Origin: an uncultured archaeon
GTDB taxonomy: Archaea; Iainarchaeota; Iainarchaeia; Iainarchaeales; DATDZZ01
Length of the DNA: 29,860 bases
Direction: 5' to 3'
Assembly: GCA_964373795.1 (NCBI GenBank)
Contig: CAYJVY010000013.1
Span: 1 to 29,860, forward strand
This document shows, one piece after another, positions 13,939-20,502 of the stretch; position 1 is the first letter of the stretch; each line of letters opens with the position of its first letter. Position numbers and translations under genes: made by a program. The notes beneath the pieces are model-generated. The model worked only from the letters and a program-made list of their open reading frames with translations. It did no database searches and had not been told where the DNA came from.

Positions 13939-14475
13939 ATGTTATCGGAAGGAGATCTTGCCCCGAATTTTTCTTTGAAAAATCAGAAAGGAGAAACAGT
14001 AACGCTTTCAGATTTTAAAGGAAAAAAAGTTGTATTATATTTTTATCCAAAAGATGACACTCCTGGATGTACTATTGAAGCCTGTCAGTTTAGAGATGCA
14101 AAATCTGATTTAAGTAAAAACGGAATAATTGTTTTAGGAGTGTCAAAGGATTCAATTGAATCGCATGAAAAATTTGTAAACAAATTTTCTTTGAATTTTT
14201 CCTTGCTTTCAGATCCAGATGGAAAGGTTTGCACTGCATACGATTCTTATGGAGAGAAAACAATTTTTGGAAGACTTGGACTAGGAATTTTGCGTAACAC
14301 TTTTTTAATTAACGAGAAAGGAAAACTTGTTAAAATTTTTAAAAGTGTTTCTCCGCAAGGACATGAAAAAGAGGTTTTACAAGCATTCGCCGAGCACGCG
14401 GTTGGCGTGAACAGTCAGCCGACGAGGCTGAGGCGAGCGGCGAGCGTGAAGCCGGCAGGGCTGAGAAAAAAATGA
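13939..14475 (+). CDS. bcp: Peroxiredoxin, Bcp type, with a 24-aa GC-element-encoded tail
   Basis: 'VVLYFYPKDDTPGCTIEACQFRD' contains the peroxidatic Cys motif. The homologous end of the family ('...LQAFAEHA') is followed by 'VGVNSQPTRLRRAASVKPAGLRKK'. Confidence 0.85.
   Translation: MLSEGDLAPNFSLKNQKGETVTLSDFKGKKVVLYFYPKDDTPGCTIEACQFRDAKSDLSKNGIIVLGVSKDSIESHEKFVNKFSLNFSLLSDPDGKVCTAYDSYGEKTIFGRLGLGILRNTFLINEKGKLVKIFKSVSPQGHEKEVLQAFAEHAVGVNSQPTRLRRAASVKPAGLRKK
14386..14465 (+). repeat. GC-rich junction element (copy A), about 70% G+C
   Basis: I count 56 G/C in 80 nt against an AT-rich background. Hairpins: CACGC-GGTTG-GCGTG (14395..14409) and TCAGCC-GACGA-GGCTGA (14415..14431). It shares the words GCGGCGAGCG, CGGCGA..GCGTGA and TCAGCCGRCGARGCTGA with copies B and C. 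Confidence 0.7.
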
Positions 14476-15086
14476 AAGGACTTTTGCTTTTAAGTGGCGG
14501 CATTGATTCTCCTGTTGCAGGAAAACTTGTTTTAGATAAAGGTTTTGATTTAATTGCAGTGCATTTTGCTAATTATCCTGTTACAAATAATTCTGCTGAG
14601 AAAAAAGCAATTGAATTAGCTCAAAGACTTGGATTAAAAAAACTGTATGTAATTAATTTGGGAAAGGTTTTCACTGCACTTGCTTCGAATTGTTTGCATA
14701 AATATTATTTTGTTTTAATGAAGCGAGCAATGCTTCGTGTTGCACAAATTATTGCATGGAAAGAGGCTTGTGATTTTTTAATTACTGGGGATTCTTTGGG
14801 ACAGGTTTCAAGTCAAACCCTTTCATGCATGACAGTAATTGATTCTGCTTCTCAATTACAGATTCACAGGCCATTAATTTCTTTTGACAAGCAAGAAATA
14901 ATTGATCTTTCATCCACTTATGGGTTTTTTGAAATATCTAAAGGCCCTGAAATTTGTGATGCTTTAGGCCCTTCACATCCTGCTACAAAAGCTTCTAAAG
15001 AAATTATTTTAGAAGAAGAAAAAAAGCTTGACTTTGATTCATTGATTTCTGAAGCTTTAAATAATGAAAAAGTTTTAGAGTTTTAA
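14472..15086 (+). CDS. thiI: ThiI-like PP-loop ATP pyrophosphatase domain protein (no THUMP domain)
   Basis: 'LLLSGGIDSPVAG' is an SGGxDS PP-loop, and '...ITGDSLGQVSSQTL...RPLISFDKQEII' is the conserved ThiI adenylation-domain core. At 204 aa it covers only the C-terminal catalytic domain. ATGA overlap with bcp. Confidence 0.7.
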   Translation: MKGLLLLSGGIDSPVAGKLVLDKGFDLIAVHFANYPVTNNSAEKKAIELAQRLGLKKLYVINLGKVFTALASNCLHKYYFVLMKRAMLRVAQIIAWKEACDFLITGDSLGQVSSQTLSCMTVIDSASQLQIHRPLISFDKQEIIDLSSTYGFFEISKGPEICDALGPSHPATKASKEIILEEEKKLDFDSLISEALNNEKVLEF

Positions 15087-15088
15087 TT

Positions 15089-15427
15089 TCAAGCAATTCT
15101 ATTTCCTAATTCGCTTCCTTTATCTGGCTTTAATAGAATTACTTTTCCTTCCTTATTTATTGCTCCTAATACTAGTACTTCTGATAAAAATTTTCCAATT
15201 TGTTTTAAGGGGAAATTTACTACTGCTACAATTTCTCTTCCTTGTAATTCTTCTTTTGAATAATTAGTTATTTGAGCAGAACTTTTCTTTACTCCAATTT
15301 CTTTTCCAAAATCAATTGTTAATTGATATGCGGGTTTTTTTGCTTCAGGAAAATCTTTTACTTCAATTATTTTTCCTACCCTAATGTCTACTTTTAAGAA
15401 ATCTTGAAAAGAAATTGTTTCAGTCAT
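15089..15427 (-). CDS. csaA: CsaA-type tRNA-binding (EMAP/OB-fold) domain protein
   Basis: 'FLKVDIRVGKIIEVKDFPEAKKPAYQLTIDFGKEIGVKKSSAQIT...IVAVVNFPLKQIGKFLSEVLVLG' aligns closely by eye with B. subtilis CsaA. I prefer the ATG at 15427 over the TTG at 15448. Confidence 0.8.
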   Translation of the reverse strand: MTETISFQDFLKVDIRVGKIIEVKDFPEAKKPAYQLTIDFGKEIGVKKSSAQITNYSKEELQGREIVAVVNFPLKQIGKFLSEVLVLGAINKEGKVILLKPDKGSELGNRIA

Positions 15428-15490
15428 TAAAAAATTGTAAAGCTTCAAATTAAAATCTTAATGTATTTAATTTTTTTAGTGATTTGATTT

Positions 15491-15796
15491 ATGGATGGAT
15501 TTTCGGTTAAAAAAGTTCCAGGCGGAAAACTAATTAAAATTCGCTTAAATTTTTCGGAAAAAATTGATTCAATTAAATTAATGGGGGACTTTTTTTTGCA
15601 TCCAGAAGATACTGTGCTTGAATTGGAAAAAACTTTAATTGGTTTGAATGCAAATGAATCACTTGAATTTTATTCAAGCAAGCTGGAAAATGTTTTACAT
15701 TTAAATAATGCTGAATTGTTTGGAATTTCTTCAAATGATTTAGCTGAAACTTTAATGGAGGCCATTAAAAATGGATTGGCGAGTAATAAAACTTGA
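15491..15796 (+). CDS. lplB: Lipoate-protein ligase accessory subunit (LplA C-terminal-domain homolog)
   Basis: 101 aa. 'KKVPGGKLIKIRLNFSEKIDSIKLMGDFFLHPED' resembles the stand-alone C-terminal domain of bipartite archaeal lipoate ligases. It lies directly upstream of, and overlaps, the catalytic subunit gene. Confidence 0.65.
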   Translation: MDGFSVKKVPGGKLIKIRLNFSEKIDSIKLMGDFFLHPEDTVLELEKTLIGLNANESLEFYSSKLENVLHLNNAELFGISSNDLAETLMEAIKNGLASNKT

Positions 15797-16517
15797 AACC
15801 CGTAATGCTTTTCTAAACATGGCTTTGGATGAAGCTGTATCGGAATTTGTTTCTCAAAATCAGGCTTTGCCTACAATTCGTTTTTATAAATGGCTTCCTT
15901 CAGCTGTTTCAATTGGTTATTTTCAAGGCTTAACTGAAGAAGTAGATGTTGCTTTGTGTAAGGAAAAAGGAATTGACTTTGTTCGAAGGCGTACAGGAGG
16001 CGGAGCAGTATACCATGACAATAAAGGAGAAATTACTTACTCCGTTATTGGCCCAGAAAAATTGTTTCCAAAAAATTTAACTGAATCCTATCATTTAATT
16101 TGTGGATGGATTATTGAGTCTCTTGCAGGACTTGGCTTGCAAGCAAGTTTTCATCCAATTAATGATGTATTAGTTGAAGGAAAAAAGGTTTCAGGAAACG
16201 CGCAAACTCGTCGCAATGGAGTTTTACTTCAACATGGAACTATTTTGTTTGATTTAGATGTGGAAACAATGTTTCGAGTTTTAAAAGTTCCAAAGGAAAA
16301 GATTTCAGATAAAATGATTTCAGATGTAAAGCAAAGAGTTACTTGCATTCGAGACTTTAAAGATGTTTCTCAAGAAGAAGTAGCAAATGCTTTGCTTTCA
16401 GGTTTCACTAAAGGGAAATCTTTTTCAGAAGAGAAATGGAGTTCTGCAGAGCTTCAACGCGCACAAGAGTTAGCTAAGGAAAGATATTCTTCTCAGCAAT
16501 GGAATTTCATGCGATAA
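15771..16517 (+). CDS. lplA: Lipoate-protein ligase catalytic subunit
   Basis: 'FLNMALDEAV', 'VRRRTGGGAVYHD' and 'GKKVSGNAQ' (lipoyl-AMP-binding Lys) are the BPL/LplA/LipB catalytic-domain motifs. The 248-aa size fits the split form. Confidence 0.85.
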   Translation: MDWRVIKLETRNAFLNMALDEAVSEFVSQNQALPTIRFYKWLPSAVSIGYFQGLTEEVDVALCKEKGIDFVRRRTGGGAVYHDNKGEITYSVIGPEKLFPKNLTESYHLICGWIIESLAGLGLQASFHPINDVLVEGKKVSGNAQTRRNGVLLQHGTILFDLDVETMFRVLKVPKEKISDKMISDVKQRVTCIRDFKDVSQEEVANALLSGFTKGKSFSEEKWSSAELQRAQELAKERYSSQQWNFMR

Positions 16518-16587
16518 CGCGAAAAAAAGAATATTGTTCATTTTTTGTAGAAAAAATTGCAAAAACAATAAGTGAAACAAAATGAAT

Positions 16588-17352
16588 TCATTTCATGCAA
16601 ACATATGTGTAAAAATCTGCTTTTGAATTAAATCCTTTAATGTAATCAGAAAATTGTTGAATTTTTTTAAAGCCTGCTCTGCAAAGTAATGTATAAAGTT
16701 CTCCTTTTTTGAATGGGTATAAACTTAATTGAAATTTTTTGTTTCTTATTTTGTCAAAATATTCCATTACAACTTTTTTATCAGAGATTTTTACTGGATA
16801 TCCTTTTACGTTTTTTCCACAATAAACTACTTTTCCGCTATACCTAAAATTTTCATTCAATATTTTTTCTTTATTATCTAACATGTATTGATAATTTCTC
16901 TCATCAATTATTAACACTCCTTTTTTCTTTATAATTTTATAAAAATTTGCTAAGGTTTTGAGTTGGTTCTCTTCATCAAATAAGTGTGTTAAAGAATTTC
17001 CAAGGCAAATTACTGAATCAAAGCTTTCTTCCTCAAATTTTTTATCTAATTCTCTCCAATCAAAGCCAGTAATATATAATTTTACTTTTTCTTTTCTAGC
17101 GTTTTGTTGAGCCTTTTTTATGAACATTATATCTAAGTCATTGCTTGTGACATCAAATCCTTCTTTCAACAAGTAAATCGAGTCACATCCATCTCCAAGG
17201 CATGCTTCAAATACTTTTTTGCATTTAAATCTTTCCAATGTTTCTTTTAAAAATCCATTTTCTCCTTTTCTTCTTGCCTTCCAATCTATAAAGTCTGCCC
17301 AACTTTCAACTAAATCTTTTGAGTAATGTTTTCCATTCAATATTTTCTTCAT
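16588..17352 (-). CDS. Class-I SAM-dependent methyltransferase, glycine/sarcosine N-methyltransferase-like
   Basis: 'KKVFEACLGDGCDSIYLLKEGFDVTSNDLD ... FDSVICLGNSLTHL' parallels GNMT '[28 protein letters not shown] ... FDAVICLGNSFAHL'. Confidence 0.7.
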   Translation of the reverse strand: MKKILNGKHYSKDLVESWADFIDWKARRKGENGFLKETLERFKCKKVFEACLGDGCDSIYLLKEGFDVTSNDLDIMFIKKAQQNARKEKVKLYITGFDWRELDKKFEEESFDSVICLGNSLTHLFDEENQLKTLANFYKIIKKKGVLIIDERNYQYMLDNKEKILNENFRYSGKVVYCGKNVKGYPVKISDKKVVMEYFDKIRNKKFQLSLYPFKKGELYTLLCRAGFKKIQQFSDYIKGFNSKADFYTYVCMK

Positions 17353-17468
17353 TTTGTTTACTCCTTATCATAAATTGGTTTTTCTCTATAAATAATACTT
17401 TTTTTTATTTTTTTTGACAAAAAGAAGTTTTTTAAATATTTTTTATCTATTTATATTAATTTGATTAT

Positions 17469-18446
17469 ATGTCTAAAAAATTTGATTTGGATTTAAAGGA
17501 TAGGAAAATTTTAGCTGTGCTGGATTTTAGTTCGAGGCTTCCGATTTCAGAACTTGCTAGAAGAGTTGGATTGTCTAAGCAATCTGTTGATTATAGAATT
17601 AATTCTTTGATTAGGAGAGGAGTTATTGATGGTTTTTTTCCAGTTATTAATACTCCTAAGCTTGGCTTTATTTATTGTAGGATTTTTATTCAATTTAAGT
17701 CTTTAGATTTGGAGCAAGAAAAGTCTTTGAAAAAATATATTTTTGATTCCAAAAAATTGTTTTGGGCTTTTAGTTTGGGTGGGACCTATGATTTTTTACT
17801 TGATTATTGGGTTGAATCTTTGTCTGAGTTTGAGGAAATTATTGTGGATTTTTTGCACAAGTTTGGAGGGCTTATTGAGAATCATGATGAAAACATTATT
17901 ACTCGTGTTGTTAACTTAAACCATAAATTTTTTGTTTCAAACACTAAAGCTCAAAGATTTGATTTACAGGAAACAACTGGGTTAGCAGAAGTTGACATAA
18001 TTGATAGAGACATTTTAAAGGCTTTAGCAGTTAATGCCCGTTCAAGTCTTGTGGAAATTTCTTCTTCCACTAAGATTCCTTCAAAGGTTGTTGCATATAG
18101 AATTAAAAGAATGGAAGAAAAAGAGTTAATTCTTGGATATAGGCCAGTAATTAATTATGAAAAACTTGGTTTGACTTATTTCAAGGTTTTTTTGAATTTG
18201 GATTTTTCTTCAAAGGAAAAAGTACTAGAATTAGAAAAATTTTTAATCAATCATCAAAAAGTGATTTTTATTGTACACGGATTATCCATGCCTGGAAATT
18301 TAGACATTGAATTAATTGCTGAATCAAATTCTGATTTTTTTGCTTTTGTGAAAGAGCTTAAAAACAAATTTCCGAAAACAATTAAGGATTATTCTTACTT
18401 GATTTACACGCAGACTTTGAAGGTAAACTTTGTTCCATTTGAGTGA
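17469..18446 (+). CDS. Tandem (double) Lrp/AsnC-family transcriptional regulator
   Basis: There are two complete HTH+RAM modules. Module 1: 'LDLKDRKILAVLDFSSRLPISELARRVGLSKQSVDYRINSLIRRGVIDGFFPVINTPKLG'. Module 2: 'IDRDILKALAVNARSSLVEISSSTKIPSKVVAYRIKRMEEKELILGYRPVINYEKLG'. Each is followed by an ACT-like effector domain. Confidence 0.75.
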   Translation: MSKKFDLDLKDRKILAVLDFSSRLPISELARRVGLSKQSVDYRINSLIRRGVIDGFFPVINTPKLGFIYCRIFIQFKSLDLEQEKSLKKYIFDSKKLFWAFSLGGTYDFLLDYWVESLSEFEEIIVDFLHKFGGLIENHDENIITRVVNLNHKFFVSNTKAQRFDLQETTGLAEVDIIDRDILKALAVNARSSLVEISSSTKIPSKVVAYRIKRMEEKELILGYRPVINYEKLGLTYFKVFLNLDFSSKEKVLELEKFLINHQKVIFIVHGLSMPGNLDIELIAESNSDFFAFVKELKNKFPKTIKDYSYLIYTQTLKVNFVPFE

Positions 18447-18549
18447 ATTGCATTGCCTTCAGAAAGCTTTAAATAATTTTAAAGCATTAAATATGTGGTT
18501 TGAATGAAAAAATTATTTTTTTTAATTTTGTTGTTACTTATTTTTTTAA

Positions 18550-19203
18550 TTGGTTGTATTCAACCTAAGCCTCCTCAATTCAATCAATGTTGATCTAAAT
18601 GCAGGGTCACAACCTATTGTTGAACAACTTCAACTTACAGTTGAGAAACCATTTCATTATATTAAAGAAATTGGAACTCTAAGTTCTTGGTATTATGTTA
18701 CTGGGATTGTAAAAAATACTGGCAAAAAACCAGTTAAACATGCACGCGCTTTAGTTAAAGCTGAAACTTTTGATGGAAAGCCAATTGAAAGAGAAGCCAT
18801 TGTTTATCCTTCAAGGTTAGCTCCAGGCCAAAAAGGAATTGTTGAATACCAAGTTGGAGAAACAAAAAATTTCAATATAGGAAAATTCTTTCTTGAACCT
18901 GGAAGCTTTTCCATTGATGAAGAGGAAAGATATACTGATTTGAAGCTAGAAAAAGTGAGTCAAGAAGATGATCACAGATATATTATAAGTAAGGCACGAA
19001 TTACTAACACTGGAAACAAAGTCTCCCCTTTAGTAAGTATTGAGTTTGCTTTTTTTGATGCAGAAGGACATGTTTTAACAAGATCTGTATCTTTGTTTCC
19101 ATCTTTAAAAGCAGGAGAAAGTCTTGAAGTAGGATCGGTTGTATATTCGCCTGTGGAATCAAATCCAATAACTTCTTGGGAAATTCAAATAGATTATGAG
19201 TAA
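18550..19203 (+). CDS. Two-repeat FxLYD-like domain protein (probable lipoprotein body; signal peptide out of frame)
   Basis: Two similar halves: 'YYVTGIVKNTGKKPVKHARALVKAETFDGKPIE...LAPGQKGIVEY' and 'YIISKARITNTGNKVSPLVSIEFAFFDAEGHVL...LKAGESLEV'. The 217-aa frame has no ATG at all (TTG start only). A lipoprotein signal peptide ORF (18504..18593) sits in another frame. Confidence 0.55.
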   Translation: MVVFNLSLLNSINVDLNAGSQPIVEQLQLTVEKPFHYIKEIGTLSSWYYVTGIVKNTGKKPVKHARALVKAETFDGKPIEREAIVYPSRLAPGQKGIVEYQVGETKNFNIGKFFLEPGSFSIDEEERYTDLKLEKVSQEDDHRYIISKARITNTGNKVSPLVSIEFAFFDAEGHVLTRSVSLFPSLKAGESLEVGSVVYSPVESNPITSWEIQIDYE

Positions 19204-19223
19204 TTATTTTTGATCTATTTTAT

Positions 19224-20432
19224 TCATCCATTGAATTCTTTTTTCTTGGAAATGAATACATATGTTTTTTCATTTGTTTCCTTGAATTTATTGATTTTTT
19301 CTTGAATTTCTTTTGGTAGTAATGGTAGTACTTCTAATAATTTTTTTGAATCAATTACTGAAACTTCGTCAAAGAACCCTAGACTGCGAATTAATTGCTC
19401 TAATTGTTTTTCATTGTTTGAAGGAAATTTTTCATTTAAATAAGTTTTCACGCGAGCCTGGAATTCACTTCCAGCTACTAATTCAATTCCTTCCTTTTTT
19501 GCAAAATTAATTAATTGAATTTTAATTTTTTCTAATTCTGGATCGATTTCAGCTAATAATTCTTTTTTCTTTCTATCCAGTTTTGCATACTCGTTTACTA
19601 ATTTTACTCCGTTGTCTTCTTTGAATTCCTCTGATGAAAGTTTTTCTGTTTTAACTAAATGTTTTTGCGCAGGACAAATTTCTCTAAACTCACACCAATT
19701 ACATAAAGCTGAAACAATTGGTTTGAATTCATTTCTTTCTTTTGCTGCATCAATTTTTTTAATTATGTTTATGACTTCTTTTTTTAATTTTGTTAACTGT
19801 AAATCATTTCTTGTTGAACGAATTTCCTTTCCATACGCTAAATAATGCCAAACCAAGTCAATTTTTTTTGCATCAGGAAATTTTTCTTTTATTGCAAGTG
19901 AATACAATGCTAATTGTCTGTCTTCTTCAAAGTGTTCTTGATCAGGCAAATTTAAAGCAGTTTTATAGTCATGAATTTCGTAAAATCCTTCTCCTTTAAA
20001 TGCAAGCCTGTCAATAAATCCTTGCAATTTATATTTCATTCCTTCTTCATCTGCTAATTCAATGAATACTTGTTCTTCTAATCCAATTGTTTTGCTTTCA
20101 TTAAATGGTTTGTGTTTTTCATAGTATTCTTGTAAATATTTTTCACCCATTTTATGAAAATTTTCTGTTGAATATTCTGAGCGAACAATTTTTACATTTT
20201 CATTCCAGTTTTTACTCCATTCCAAATTATAGTAATCTAATACTTCTTGCAATGAATTAAGTTTTTGAAACCTCAAGTCTTGATAAAGTTTTTCCAATGC
20301 TTCGTGAACTCTTGAACCCATGAATGCTTCAATTGTTTCTTCTTCTCTTTCTAATCCATCAATGTATGCAAACTTGAATTTTTGCGGGCATTGCTCAAAA
20401 GTAGAAAGCCTTGAATGAGAGTAAAGAGTCAT
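19224..20432 (-). CDS. PD-(D/E)XK nuclease, Cas4/RecB-like with four-Cys (Fe-S type) arrangement, plus ~130-aa C-terminal extension
   Basis: 'SHSRLSTFEQCPQKFKFAYI' (N-terminal Cys), 'GFIDRLAF', 'YEIHDYKT' (D/E-x-K), 'QLALYSLA' (QxxxY) and 'CNWCEFREIC' (CxxC...C). Confidence 0.75.
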   Translation of the reverse strand: MTLYSHSRLSTFEQCPQKFKFAYIDGLEREEETIEAFMGSRVHEALEKLYQDLRFQKLNSLQEVLDYYNLEWSKNWNENVKIVRSEYSTENFHKMGEKYLQEYYEKHKPFNESKTIGLEEQVFIELADEEGMKYKLQGFIDRLAFKGEGFYEIHDYKTALNLPDQEHFEEDRQLALYSLAIKEKFPDAKKIDLVWHYLAYGKEIRSTRNDLQLTKLKKEVINIIKKIDAAKERNEFKPIVSALCNWCEFREICPAQKHLVKTEKLSSEEFKEDNGVKLVNEYAKLDRKKKELLAEIDPELEKIKIQLINFAKKEGIELVAGSEFQARVKTYLNEKFPSNNEKQLEQLIRSLGFFDEVSVIDSKKLLEVLPLLPKEIQEKINKFKETNEKTYVFISKKKEFNG

Positions 20433-20502
20433 AAACTACCCTTGTTTCAAATCCTTTAAATTAGTTTTCTAAAGCAAATTTCCTTTGAATTCCTATGAAA
20501 GT

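Noticed and set aside
14386-14465. GC-rich patches as tRNA or other small RNA genes, or as independent mini-ORFs.
   Set aside because: No cloverleaf arms and no T-loop (GTTCRANYC) are present. The lengths of 47-103 nt are filled with short hairpins and tandem repeats instead. The apparent peptide similarity (QPTRLRRAA versus QPAKLKRSA) simply follows from nucleotide similarity, and in copies B and C no start codon precedes it.
967-19203. Alternative genetic code or stop-codon read-through as the explanation for the split genes (967..1787, 13132..13868, 18504..19203).
   Set aside because: In each case the continuation lies in a different reading frame. It does not follow an in-frame TGA or TAG, and reading through the stops gives stop-dense nonsense. 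All long housekeeping genes here are intact under the standard code.
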